Source: Macrostomum lignano
Taxonomy: Eukaryota
Length of the DNA: 64,000 nucleotides
Assembly (NCBI GenBank): GCA_002269645.1
Contig: NIVC01000914.1
Location: forward strand, 1 to 64,000
Direction of reading: 5' to 3'
The translations under genes were made by a program, and so were the position numbers. The notes under the pieces were generated by a model. That model saw only the letters and a program-made list of their open reading frames with translations, was not told the DNA's origin and ran no database searches. Shown here one piece after another: positions 11,549 to 24,985 of the stretch (positions within the stretch are counted from its first letter, which is position 1; each line of letters begins with the position of its first letter).

Positions 11549-13694
11549 TTAACCTCAATAATAATAATGGCTTCTTTAATCAGGGGTTGTTACCTAAATG
11601 ATGAGATTTCTTCTTAGTGATAATAACTGGCAGACGGTACTTACTACTAGTCTACTTGTGAAGAAACAGTAGACTAATGTGAACACGATCGGTTGCATGA
11701 AAATTTCTAAATGCATGATGACAGGAAGCAGAGCAGTTCAGCGGTAAACGCCTCTGCGTCCGACTCTCCACACGACCCGGACACACATAAAGATTCGAGT
11801 ATTCTGTTTGCTACATTTGATACCCAACGAAATCTTACTTCTGCTTTGATCAATTTGCTTATATTTGTTTCAGATCTGGTACGTAAATGTAGAGTTGATG
11901 AATTCCGAGCAAATGGACTTGTATCCTGAAGAAACAGCTCAGGATTAAATATGATAATAGCCGCGGGAATAGATTTCTACCCCCCTACTTAGGTGAGCAT
12001 TTGTCTAAGTCGATGCAAAGCTATTCGCCTTGAAGCATCTATAATTCCTGCTTCATATGCAGTCTGTTAGCACTTTCTTAAACTTTTGCTGAGCTTCAAG
12101 TGAACTGAAACCCCCGCTTAGCTCCAACAGTTCTTTCTCTTGCTTTCAGCCTAGCTGAGCGCCAGCTTCCACTTTGCCTCCGACTCCCCAGCGCAGTGTC
12201 CAGCGTGTGCTTGAGTCGATTGCTCTCTGGCTATTTGAGCAAGCGGAACTCTCATGAATTGCCGATGAAACCTGTGCCACAATTTGCGGCTGAAGTGACG
12301 AGCCTGCAGAGCAAATATGCTGGCCGCAGAGACCAATAGTGCTGGAACAGGCATCCCCAGAAAGGTCTCATTGAATTCAGCCTCTCCTATTCTTCCTTCG
12401 TTCTATGCAATTTTTAATTAACCAAAAAACCAACCACTGCCACCTGTTGTTGTTGGGATCAAAATTAGAAAGGCGACGAGAGAGAGAGAGGGAGAGAGAG
12501 TTGAGAGATCTCAGGCGGTTGCGTGCCCGGCAGACTGGCTGACCGGGCACAGGAAGAGCCGAGAGCGAGGCCGGGCAGACGTCAGGAGACAGCCGCCCCC
12601 CCCCCTCAGGACGAAAAATGGGAATATTGGGAACTCTGAGTCTCTAAAATGCGAGTCTGAACTCCACCACCCCGGTGAAGTGAGGGGGGGGCAGGCCCGC
12701 GTGAGTGAGGCTGGAGCAGATCCAAATACTACCGAGATTGGCAGACAAGCCACCTGGTGATTTTAGCAAGTGCAAGTTGGGCCACCGAGCCATTGCTCTG
12801 GATGATCCAGCCTTTACTCACACATTGGAGAGAGCTGGGAGTCCAGCCGGGGCTTGGAGATGAAAAAAACCGCTCGCGCATCGAGATGGAGATTCGATGT
12901 CAATTTTTTTTTAAAGCGCAGAGCAAAGTGCAAGCAAACTAGACTCGAACTCAAAACTAAATAGAGCTGCTTCCGACATACAAGTACAGCGAAACATGAG
13001 CTCTGAGTGTCTTCTGCAGCTTAAAAAGGCACTGCGGAGAAATCCTCCGAGCTGTCACTCGCAACTGCAGGTGGGCCCGATACTTACGAGGTAGTTTTCC
13101 CATTTCTCCAGTTGTCCCATGGGGTTCGTCCACTCTCTGGCTGACAGCCCCCCCTGGCCGTGGGTTTTTTGGAGGATTTCTCCTCTGAAATTTACTCCCG
13201 CATTGCAACCTCGGCCTGAAACCTGATCTCTTATCGCCTGCTATTAATGTCCGCATCGGGCCCTACAGATCCATGCATAAATGGGCGCTAATTAGCATAA
13301 ATTATCCGCCCTATCGTCGCCATCGAGGCGGAAATGAACGGCCGCAGGAAAGTCGCACACGAGGGCGAGAACGAACTGAGATTTGCTTGGCCAGCCGCTG
13401 AGAGATTCCATTGATGTTCAGCTTGTATTTTTACTGTGCGTCGGACAGCGGCGCACCTGCTTGGGTCTGTCAATTACGCAAAGAGATGAACGCGGGAGGG
13501 TTACATTTTGTGGCGTGTGGAGGGAGGCGGTGTTTTGAAGGGCTCGCAAGAGCGCTAAAAGACAGCAATTGCTTCTTTCTGTTTCTAAATCCTTAGTCAG
13601 GGAGAGAAAGAGAGTCGCTAGATGGAATCCCGGGTCACTGGGTGCGCTCTCCTGGTTGTTCCGCTAAGTTTGTCGCCGTTTGATCATCTGCTCT

Positions 13695-16600
13695 TTAGAT
13701 GCCCTCGGAGCCGAGGAAGCCGCTATCCACGATGCGACCGAATAGGGCGTAGGCCTCGCGGTAGGCGTCCTCGGGCATGCCGTCCAGGATCAGGTCGAGA
13801 ACGCGGCCGTCGCGGGCGAATTCCATGGTGCGGACGAGTTTGTTGCGCTGCTCGGCGGTCAGGTTGACCTTCTTGGCGTAGTCATCCACGCTGCGCTCCT
13901 CTGTGGGGAGGGTTCAGGATGGGCAGGATGGGTCAGGATGGGTCAGGATGGGTCAGGATGGGTTAGGATGGGTCAGGATGGGCAGGATGGGTCAGGATGG
14001 GTCAGGATAGGTTAGAATAGGTCGAGATGGGTCAGAATAGGTCAGGCCGGGTCAGGGCAGGTCAGAATGCGTCAGGATTGGTCAGGATTGGTCAGGGTGG
14101 GTAAGAGTGGATCAGATGGATCAGGATGGGTCAGGATGGAGGATGGGTCAGAATAGGTCAGGCTGGGTCAGGGTAGGTCAGGATGGGTCAGGATGGGCAG
14201 GATTTGTCAAAGTAGGTCAGGCCGAGTCAGGGTAGGTCAGGGTGGGTCAGGATGGGTCAGGGTGGGTCAGGGTGGGTCAGGGTGGGTCAGAATGGGTCAG
14301 TTGGACTCAAAATAGCTTAGGCGAAGTCATATTAGATCAGAACGGACTAGATCAAGTCAGCTGTGAGATGAGTAGAGTCAGTTAAGTCCCTTATAGCCGT
14401 GAGAATAGTAGCTGAGCAACTTTGATCAATTTCTTCAGCACATGCGGCAGTCTGGTGGATTGCCTGACATATTATTTTTTTGAGTCATGCTATGAATTTC
14501 TGGATGGCAACTGAAAGAACCTGAAAGATCTTTTCTATTTCTTATTCTCTGCGTTGTGGGGGGGGGGGAACATCCAGTTCTGCTGCTGTCTGCAAAGGTT
14601 CTGCGACAGGCTTTGACATTCAATAATAGTTGAAGCAATTCGATTCAAGATGGAACAAAGATTTAGCCAATTTATTGTGTTTTTACTGTTCAAATGTTTG
14701 AGAAGACATAAAAAATGTTCTGGTCAATGTTTCCTGCTTTTGCATTTGCATTGACTTTTCTAATATCTCCTTTTTCGTGTCATTGTTCGTGGTTGACTTT
14801 CTGTGTCTGAGTTCAGGTCTTCTGTGCATTCGTAAGTCGGCTGTTCTCACCCTATCTCACCCTATCTTACTCCATCTACCTCCATCTAACTCTATCTCAT
14901 CCTATCGCATCCCTTCTCACAATGTCTCATCCTATCTCATTATATCTCATTTCATCTCATCCAATCTCACTCTACCTCATCCTTTTTCACCCTATTTCAC
15001 TCCATCTATCCTTATCTAACTCCATCTCATCCCATCTCATCATGTCTCATCCCATCTCATCCCATCTCATCCCATCTCATCCCATCTGACTTTATCTTAT
15101 CCTATCTCATCCTATGTCATCCCATCTCACTCCATCTCATTCCATCTCACTCCATCTCATCCCATCTCATCCCATCTCATCCCATCTCATCCCATCTCAT
15201 CCCATCTCATCCCATCTCATCCCATCTGAATTCATCTTATCCCATCTCATCCTATGTCATCCCATCTCACTCCATCTCATCCCATCTCACTCCATCTCAT
15301 CCCATCTCATCCCATCTCATCCCATCTCATCCCATCTCATCCCATTTCATCCCATCTCATTTCATTTTATCCCATCTCATCCTATGTCATCCCATCTCAC
15401 TCCATCTCATCCCATCTCACTCAATCTCATCCCATCTCATCCTGTCTCATCCCATCTCACTCCATCTCATCCCATCTCATCATGTCTCATCCCATCTCAT
15501 CCCATCTCATCCCATCTCACCACATCTTATCCCATTCAATTCCATCTCACTCCATTTCAATGTCAGCCAAAAGTTCTTCATATTCTGAATTCCTTCATCT
15601 CAATGAATATTTTCCTATTAAATTCTGCCAGTCACGATCGCGAACAGCAATATCTGTTTAACTAAAACAGAAAAAAATTCTGCATTTCTCAGACTCCCAT
15701 TTCGTTCCCTTCAGTGCCGGATTCCCTGCCCGAGTTGCAGCTCTAAAAATGGACTTTAGAGTGTAGAAGCAGGATTGTTAATAATCTCACTCTGTATTTC
15801 CGGGCTCCTCTTGCAGTATTTGAAGAACTTGAAAGCATCTCAGACAGACAGAAAGTGAAATGAGAATTAACGCTAATATATTGTTTGAGAACTTTCGAAC
15901 AGTGACTACTCGATGAGATTGGCTCACCGGTCAGCAGCTTGGACAGGGTGTCCGGGCTGCCCTCGCCCAGGACACCGGGGATGAGCCAGTAGTGGAATCG
16001 TTGGATGAACATCTTCAGGATGATGCTGGCTGGCCGGTCCTCTGAAAGCATAGGAAAGTGCGCGATGTACTTTTGAGAGTGGACTAAACTCATTTAGGGT
16101 TTAGTACTGTAATAGTGCTGGGGTGAACTAGTGTCTGATAGAGGGAGTGAACTAGTGTCTGATAGAGGGAGTGAACTAGTGTCTGATAGAGGGAGTGAAC
16201 TAGTGTCTGATAGAGGGAGTGAACTAGTGTCTGATAGAGGGAGTGAACTAGTGTCTGATAGAGGGAGTGAACTAGTGTCTGATAGAGGGAGTGAACTAGT
16301 GGGAGTATGTTTGATTTTAATATTTGATCAGATATGTTATTATAGTAAATTTTGTCCGAACAGCTCTGATAAGAATTCATCTTACAAAGACAAATTTCAC
16401 CCCCCACAGCGCAGGCCGAGCAGCCCGATGAACTTTTCCCACGCTACCGAAAAATAGGTTTATGCTCTCACAGCACTGCTCAGGGGGCTGCTGCTGGCTT
16501 CCGCCTTCTCCCTTTTTAGATGGGGCATTTTTTTCTGTCCCAAAAGTTTGGCTTCGGCCGCGCGCCCACCACAATGGAGTCCATATTGTGTCCCGCGTGC

Positions 16601-19600
16601 ATTTTTACCTTTCATTTGCCCAATGAATTGCTTGCCCGACCGGGCTGTGATTAATGCTTTCGGGTGTTCGTATATGGTGGCTTCGGTAGTGCTTTCTACG
16701 GTTGTGCCGGGTGTTTTTTTCTGGGCTTTTTTGGGCTGCTAGCGATGTGTTTGACTGCGAGTTCATGTGTGTGCGTGTGTGTGTATGTGTGTGTGCGTGT
16801 GTGTGTGCGTGTGTGTGAAGAATGAAGAAACGTGAACATGAAGAATGAAGCAGCGTGAACATGGAGAATAAAGGAGAATGAACATGGAGAATAAAGGAGC
16901 GTGAACATGAAGAATGAAGGAGCGTGAACATGGAGAATGAAGGAGCGTGAACATGGAGAATAAAGGAGCGTGAACATGGAGAATGAAGGAGTGTGAACAT
17001 GAAGAATGAAGGAGCGTGAACATGGAGAATGAAGGAGCGTGAACATGGAGAATAAAGGAGCGTGAACATGAAGAATGAAGGAGTGTGAACATGAAGAATG
17101 AAGGAGTGTGAACATGAAGAATGAAGGAGTGTGAACATGGAGAATGAAGGAGCGTGAACATGGAGAATGAAGGAGCGTGAACATGAAGAATGAAGGAGTG
17201 TGAACATGAAGAATGAAGGAGTGTGAACATGAAGAATGAAGGAGTGTGAACATGGAGAATGAAGAAACGTGAACATAAAGAATGAAGGAGTGTGAACATG
17301 AAGAATGAAGGAGTGTGAACATAAAGAATGAAGGAGTGTGAACATGAAGAATGAAGAAACGTGAACATGGAGAATGAAGCAGCGTGAACATGGAGAATGA
17401 AGCAGCGTGAGAGAGTTTCTGCTTGCTTGGAGACAGGCGCATGGGAAATCCACTGATTTTGAAAGAAAAAATCAAATCCCAAAAGACATTCATACACAGT
17501 GAGCAAACGGACAATTTTATTTCAAAATGAAATTAGTAAATTCAGAAAATTCTGAAAATTCAGAAAAATCTCGCGCAGTTCCGCTTCGCTCTTGAATCCT
17601 TCAACCCTTGACGGAGTTGAAGAGGCTCAGAATCCATCCGAGTGCCTGCGACACTAAGGTGGGCTGCTGTCAGCTTCAATATATTGACATTTTTGCAGAG
17701 GACCTCACAGTGCGTCACTTATTCCCAGTGTGATTAATTCCTGATGCAGAATATTAGACTGACTTGATGACAAAAAAAAACTTGATAAATACAAATCTCC
17801 AGTTGACAGGTGAATTTACAGAGGCTGTCACCCGGTCGCCTCCAGGTGACGGGAGCTGTGACAGGTTTTTGACACCCCGAAATTTTTAGCTGTCACAGCT
17901 CCTCAAACTGATAATTAAAATCGGTGACCGCTTAGACTGAGAATGAAGGAAATGTCAATCTATGTGAATGTGCATGTGAATCGCTATTTAAATCTCTATG
18001 TCAATCTCTATGTCAATCTCTATGCAAATCTCTATGTCAATCTCTATGCAAATCTCTATGTCAATCTCTATACAAATCTCTATGTAAATCTCTATGTCAA
18101 TCTCTATGCAAATCTCTATGTCAATCTCTATGCAAATCTCTATGTCAATCTCTATGCAAATCTCTATGTCAATCTCTATGCAAATCTCTATGTCAATCTC
18201 TATGCAAATCTCTATGTCAATCTCTATGCAAATCTCTATGTCAATCTCTATGCAAATCTCTATGTCAATCTCTATGCAAATCTCTATGTCAATCTCTATG
18301 CAAATCTCTATGTCAATCTCTATGCAAATCTCTATGTCAATCTCTATGCAAATCTCTATGTCAATCTCTATGTCAATCTCTATGCAAATCTCTATGTCAA
18401 TCTCTATGCAAATCTCTATGTCAATCTCTATGTCAATCTCTATGCAAATCTCTATGTCAATCTCTATGTCAGTCTCTATGTCAGTCTATTCAAATCTCTA
18501 TGCAAATCTCTATGCAAATCTCTATGCAAATCTCTATGCAAATCTCTATGCAAATCTCTATGCAAATCTCTATGTCAGTCTATTCAAATCTCTATGTCAG
18601 TCTCTATGCAAATCTCTATTCAAATCTCTATGTCAATCTCTATGTCAATCTCTATGCAAATCTCTATGTCAATCTCTATGTCAATCTCTATGCAAATCTC
18701 TACGTCAATCTTTATTTAAATATATATATAAATCTCTATGCAAATCTCTATGTGAATCTCTACTCTCACCATGAGATTAAATATAATTGTAGAAGATTCT
18801 GAATCTTAAGATTCTGAAAATTGAGAAGTTAGAAGTCTCACAATCTCACCCTGAGAGATTGAAAAGTGGAAGAACAAGCCCCTTTATCTCACCCTGAGAC
18901 AAAGTAAGCAGAGAGGGCCGGGGCGGTTCCGCCCCCAATAAAACAGATAAATTTGCAGCGCACTGACCTGCAGGACTCAATCAGGCTAATGGAGTCGAGT
19001 TAGTTGTTTGACTGACTATAAACTGAGCGGGAGAATTCCCACCTACTCCAGCAAACAAATGGGCCCTACCCAAGCCCGACCACCTCTGGGTTCACCAGTC
19101 CAGCTAATGGCTAGTATCCAGCTGTAAATTAACATTCCTGCAAAGACTTTTAAAATAGCATCTGGACTGGAAAGTCTGATGCCCGATTTCCATTCCTTTC
19201 GATTAGTTTGTCTCCCGAATCCAGATTCTTCCCGAATCCCAATTCTTTCCGAATCCCAGTTCTTCTCGAATCAGGATTCTTCCCGAATCCCAATTCTTCC
19301 CGAATCCCGATTCTTCCCGAATCCCGATTCTTCCTGAATCCCAATTCTTCCTGAATCCCAATTCTTCCCGAATCCCGATTCTTCCCGAATTCCAATTCTT
19401 CCCGAATTCCAATTCTTCCCGAATCCCAATTCTTCCCGAATCCCGATTCTTCCCGAATCCCGATTCTTCCCGAATCCTGATTCTTCCCGAATCCCGATTC
19501 TTCCTGAATCCCAATTCTTCCTGAATCCCAATTCTTCCCGAATCCCAATTCTTCCCGAATCCCGATTCTTCCCGAATCCCGATTCTTCCCGAATCCCGAT

Positions 19601-22600
19601 TCTTCCTGAATCCCGATTCTTCCCGAATCCCAATTCTTCCCGAATTTCGATTTTTCCCGAATCCCGATTCTTCCCAAATTTCCATTCTTCCCGAATCCCA
19701 ATTCTTCCCGAATCCCAATTCTTCCCGAATCCCAATTCTTCCCGAATCCCAATTCTTCCCGAATCCCAATTCTTCCCGAATTTCGATTTTTCCCGAATCC
19801 CGATTCTTCCCAAATTTCCATTCTTCCCGAATCCCAATTCTTCCCGAATCCCAATTCTTCCCGAATCCCAGTTCTTCCCGAATCCCGATTCTTCCCGAAT
19901 CCCGATTCTTCCCGAATCCCAATTCTTCCCGAATCCCAATTCTTGCCGAATCCCAGTTCTTCCAGAATCCTTCCTAAGTCTTCTGAAATCCCCAAAACTG
20001 TCATTACGATTGTTTTCAAGTCTGAGTTCACAGGACTTCTAAAAAGAGCTCCTGGATAGGTGGCGTCCCTTATCCAACCAGCATATCGGAACTCAACCCC
20101 ATCCAATAAGTCGCAGTTGCAGATGCTGTTGTTGGCAACAAGCCAATGCTTTAATACAAGGCCGCTTCCAGTCCAGATGCTATTTTTAGAAGTCCACAAT
20201 TGGAACAGATCCTTCGCCATTTTTCTATACTCGGAAGGCTACGCATTCCAATAAGGATTTATCAGCTTCTCAGATGGGCTTTTGGCCATAGACAAATGCT
20301 GAGTAATCAACAACGCCGAAGGCTGCTCACTGGCGGTGCACAGCGCCTTGTCCTCGTCGTAGCCGTCGATGCAGTCGGCCCGGCCGTCGCAGATGAAAGC
20401 GAACGAGAGGCACTGGCCGCTCTTGCAGGGCCACGGAGTCGAACGGGGACAGTCGTTGCCAACAACTCCGGGGCCGGCTGCGGGATCCGGTTGGGAGATT
20501 TATGGGAAAACTGGGATTTTTGAAGAACTGGGTTTTGGGAAGAATTCGGACTCGGGAAGGATTGGGATTTGGGAAGAATTGGGATTTAGAAAAAAGGGAA
20601 TTAGAAATTGGGATTTAGGGAAAATCAGGACTTAGGGATAATCAAGATTTAGGGAGAATTGGGATTTAGGGAGAATCGGGATTTAGGGAGAATCGGGATT
20701 TAGGGAGAATCGGGATTTAGGGAGAATCGGGATTTAGGGAGAATCGGGATTTAGGGAGAATCGGGATTTAGGGAGAATCGGGATTTAGGGAGAATCGGGA
20801 TTTAACGAGAATCGGGATTTAGGGACATTCGGGATTTAGGGACAATTGGGATTTAGGGAGGGATTAGGATTTAGAGAGAATCGGGATTTAGGGAGAATCG
20901 GGATTTAGGGAGAATCGGGATTTAGGGAGAATCGGGATATAGGGAGAATCGGGATTTAGGGAGGGATTAGGATTTAGAGAGAATCGGGATTTAGGGAGAA
21001 TCGGGATGTAGGGAGAATCGGGATTTAGGGAGGGATTAGGATTTAGAGAGAATCGGGATTTAGGGAGAATCGGGATTTAGGGAGAATCGGGATTTAGGGA
21101 GAATCGGGATATAGGGAGAATCGGGATTTAGGGACATTCGGGATTTAGGGAAAATCGGGATTTAGGGAGGGATTAGGATTTAGAGAGAATCGAGATTTAG
21201 GGAGAATCGGGATTTAGGGAGGGATTAGGATTTAGAGAGAATCGGGATTTAGGGAGGGATTAGGATTTAGGGAGAATCGGGATTTAGGGAGAATCGGGAT
21301 TTAGGGAGAATCGGGATTTAGGGAGAATCGGGATTTAGGGAGAATCGGGATTTAACGAGAATCGGGATTTAGGGACATTCGGGATTTAGGGACAATTGGG
21401 ATTTAGGGAGAATCGGGATTTAGGGAGAATCGGGATTTAGGGAGAATCGGGATTTAGGGAGAATCGGGATTTAGGGAGAATCGGGATTTAGGGAGAATCG
21501 GGATTTAGGGAGAATCGGGATTTAGGGAGAATCGGGATTTAACGAGAATCGGGATTTAGGGACATTCGGGATTTAGGGACAATTGGGATTTAGGGAGGGA
21601 TTAGGATTTAGAGAGAATCGGGATTTAGGGAGAATCGGGATTTAGGGAGAATCGGGATTTAGGGAGAATCGGGATATAGGGAGAATCGGGATTTAGGGAG
21701 GGATTAGGATTTAGAGAGAATCGGGATTTAGGGAGAATCGGGATGTAGGGAGAATCGGGATTTAGGGAGGGATTAGGATTTAGAGAGAATCGGGATTTAG
21801 GGAGAATCGGGATTTAGGGAGAATCGGGATTTAGGGAGAATCGGGATATAGGGAGAATCGGGATTTAGGGACATTCGGGATTTAGGGAAAATCGGGATTT
21901 AGGGAGGGATTAGGATTTAGAGAGAATCGAGATTTAGGGAGAATCGGGATTTAGGGAGGGATTAGGATTTAGAGAGAATCGGGATTTAGGGAGGGATTAG
22001 GATTTAGGGAGAATCGGGATTTAGGGAGAATCGGGATTTAGGGAGAATCGGGATTTAGGGAGAATCGGGATTTAGGGAGAATCGGGATTTAACGAGAATC
22101 GGGATTTAGGGACATTCGGGATTTAGGGACAATTGGGATTTAGGGAGGGATTAGGATTTAGAGAGAATCGGGATTTAGGGAGAATTGGGATGTAGGGAGA
22201 ATCGGGATGTAGGGAGAATCGGGATTTAGGAAGAATTGGGATTTAGGGAGAATCGGGATTTTGGGACATACGGGATTTAGGGAGAATCTGGATTTAGGGA
22301 GAATCGGGATTTAGGAACAATCGGGATTTAGGGAGGGATCAGGGTTTTGGGAGAATCTGGATTTAGGGAGAATCTGGATTTAGGGAGAATCGGGATTTAG
22401 GAACAATCGGGATTTAGGGAGGGATCAGGATTTTGGGAGAATCGGGATTTAGGGAGAATCCGGGATGTAGGGAGAATCGGGATTTAGGGAGAATCGGGAT
22501 TTAGGGAGGGATCAGGATTTAGGGAGGGATCAGGATTTTGGGAGAATCGGGATTTAGGGAGGGATCAGGATTTTGGGAGAATCGGGATTTAGGGAGAATC

Positions 22601-23992
22601 GGGATTTAGGGAGAATCGGGATTTAGGGAGAATCGGGATGTAGGGAGAATCGGGATTTAGGGAGAATCGGGATGTAGGGAGAATCGGGATTTAGGGAGAA
22701 TCGGGATGTAGGGAGAATCGGGATTTAGGGAGAATCGGGATGTAGGGAGAATCGGGATTTAGGGAGAATCGGGATGTAGGGAGAATCGGGATTTAGGGAG
22801 GGATTAGGATTTAGAGAGAATCGGGATTTAGGGAGAATCGGGATTTAGGGAGAATCGGGATTTAGGGAGAATCGGGATTTAGGGACATTCGGGATTTAGG
22901 GAAAATCGGGATTTAGGGAGGGATTAGGATTTAGAGAGAATCGGGATTTAGGGAGAATCGGGATTTAGGGAGAATCGGGATTTAGGGAGAATCGGGATTT
23001 AGGGAGAATCGGGATTTAGGGAGAATCGGGATTTAGGGAGAATCGGGATTTAGGGAGAATCGGGATTTAGGGAGAATCGGGATTTAGGGAGAATCGGGAT
23101 TTAACGAGAATCGGGATTTAGGGACATTCGGGATTTAGGGACATTCGGGATTTAGGGACAATTGGGATTTAGGGAGGGATTAGGATTTAGAGAGAATCGG
23201 GATTTAGGGAGAATTGGGATGTAGGGAGAATCGGGATGTAGGGAGAATCGGGATTTAGGAAGAATTGGGATTTAGGGAGAATCGGGATTTTGGGACATAC
23301 GGGATTTAGGGAGAATCTGGATTTAGGGAGAATCGGGATTTAGGAACAATCGGGATTTAGGGAGGGATCAGGGTTTTGGGAGAATCGGGATTTAGGGAGA
23401 ATCCGGGATGTAGGGAGAATCGGGATTTAGGGAGAATCGGGATTTAGGGAGGGATCAGGATTTAGGGAGGGATCAGGATTTTGGGAGAATCGGGATTTAG
23501 GGAGAATCGGGATTTAGGGAGAATCGGGATTTAGGGAGAATCGGGATGTAGGGAGAATCGGGATTTAGGGAGAATCGGGATTTAGGGAGAATCGGGATGT
23601 AGGGAGAATCGGGATTTAGGGAGAATCGGGATGTACGGAGAATCGGGATTTAGGGAGAATCGGGATGTAGGGAGAATCGGGATTTAGGGAGAATCGGGAT
23701 GTAGGGAGAATCGGGATTTAGGGAGAATCGGGATGTAGGGAGAATCGGGATTTAGGGAGAATCGGGATTTAGGGAGAATCGGGATTTAGGGAGAATCGGG
23801 ATACTCACACTTGCCAGTCCGCATGAGCTGCCTGTAGGCGGTCGCCGAACCCAGAAGGCACAGAACGACGGCAACGGCAGTTACAAAATTGGCTGCGGGG
23901 GGTGGTTAACATGGTTTTTTGGCAAAGTTTCAAGTTGCAATCAGTGACAAATTTTCTAATACTATTAGATTAACCGGAGACTCACGACTCAT
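13695..23992 (-). CDS. Prohormone-4-like secreted LDLa-domain protein, 5 coding exons, 185 aa
   Basis: Exons 23992-23986 (ATG AGT C), 23892-23809 (signal peptide NFVTAVAVVLCLLGSATA), 20477-20331 (LDLa: CPRSTPWPCKSGQCLSFAFICDGRADCIDGYDEDKALCTA), 16041-15928, 13900-13695 (ends RIVDSGFLGSEGI). All GT-AG, 558 nt. The LDLa plus C-terminal ..GFL pattern resembles arthropod/mollusc prohormone-4 (recalled). Confidence 0.8.
13915..14300. repeat. About 10-bp tandem repeat (GGTCAGGATG)n abutting the last acceptor of the prohormone-4-like gene
   Basis: Read directly. Confidence 0.92.
14850..15560. repeat. (CCCATCTCAT)n 10-bp tandem repeat
   Basis: Read directly. Confidence 0.95.
16126..16300. repeat. 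24-bp tandem repeat (GAACTAGTGTCTGATAGAGGGAGT), about 7 copies
   Basis: Read directly. Confidence 0.97.
16767..17410. repeat. (GT)n followed by a 23-bp minisatellite (CATGAAGAATGAAGGAGTGTGAA)n
   Basis: Read directly. Confidence 0.95.
17960..18765. repeat. 12-bp tandem repeat (AATCTCTATGTC/AATCTCTATGCA)n
   Basis: Read directly. Confidence 0.97.
19215..19975. repeat. 17-bp minisatellite (GATTCTTCCCGAATCCC)n, array A
   Basis: Read directly; its reverse complement GGGATTCGGGAAGAATC is related to array B. Confidence 0.97.
20500..23800. repeat. 17-bp minisatellite (GGGATTTAGGGAGAATC)n, array B, about 3.3 kb, with higher-order block duplications
   Basis: Read directly; fills nearly all of intron 2 (20478-23808). 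Confidence 0.98.
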
Positions 23993-24644
23993 TGCCTGCC
24001 TCAGCTCTTTGCAGTTGCTTTTGTGATGAAGAAAAATCGGTTCCGCCGACTTCCAGAATATCGTGGATTTCTAAAAGATTTGGCGAGCGTTTGTCTTCTC
24101 CTGGGCGACTCTGCTACTGCGGCAGCGGCGGCGGCAGCGGCGGAGGCTGCCGCGCTGGCAGCTCTATGATGAGGCAGGAGGGGAGGCTGGGAGGGGAATC
24201 TGCCACAGCAGCTTGGATAGGGCAGGGCCAGCAGCCAACAGAAATGAATTGCCCGAGCGTAGCAGATCTGCTCCCAACCAGTTCAATGTTGCCACCAAAA
24301 AACTATTGGATAGATAATACAGCACAGCCCAGGTCTCAGTGAGAAGGCTTGAAACGTTTTTTTTAGAATTGAGTAGCAGATAGTCAGCTGGGGATGGGGT
24401 TATAGCGATGAAGCTGCTGGATTCTGGGCCAACTTTTGTCATGCATAATTCAAGTTGCTAGGCTGCTACCCCCTGAGCTACCGATCTGACATTCCAGAGC
24501 CGAGAGGTGTCTGGAGTAGTCGGGCTGGTTGGTGGCCGTCCATCATGCAGTCACTCAATCCGGGGTGCTTCACTCAGTGAAGCCACAGGTGCTGCTCTGA
24601 ATTGATAACTCTACGACTCAAAAAGTGGGATTGCTGCTCCGGCA

Positions 24645-24985
24645 GAGTATGAGAGAGGGGAGAGTAGGGGAAAGGGGACAGTAGGGGAAAGGGGAGAGTA
24701 GGGGGGAGGGAGAGTAGGTTGAGAAGGGAGAGTAGGGGAGAGGAGAGAGTAGGGGAGAGTAGGGTAGAGTAGGGTAGAGTAGGGGAAAGGGGAGAGTAGG
24801 GGGAGGGAGAGTAGGTTGAGAAAGGAGAGTAGGGGAGGGAGAGTAGGGGAGAGTAGGGTATAGTAGGGAGAAGGGAGAGTAGGGGAGAGAGTATGGGAGA
24901 GGGGAGAGTAAGGGGAGAAGGGAGAGTAGGGGAGAGTAGGGGAGAGGGGGAGTAGGGGGGAGGGGAGAGTAGGGTAAAGAGTAGG
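24645..24985. repeat. Purine-rich low-complexity repeat (GGGGAGAGTAGG-like)
   Basis: Read directly. Confidence 0.9.

Noticed and set aside
11700-13600. Several short ORFs between the LINE fragment and the prohormone-4-like 3' end
   Set aside because: No recognisable protein motif or consistent exon chain could be built.
17852-17902. 13-bp perfect inverted repeat GGAGCTGTGACAG / CTGTCACAGCTCC
   Set aside because: Too short and isolated to call an element or ncRNA without further copies.
17943-20220. Repetitive ORFs (NLYA)n and (GFGKNWDSGRIGIREE)n
   Set aside because: Minisatellite translations inside introns of the prohormone-4-like gene.
23900-23913. Alternative ATG (ATG TTA ACC ACC) for the prohormone-4-like gene
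   Set aside because: Out of frame with the signal peptide as assembled; the upstream ATG AGT C|GTGAGT exon at 23992-23986 fits phase without invoking an error.
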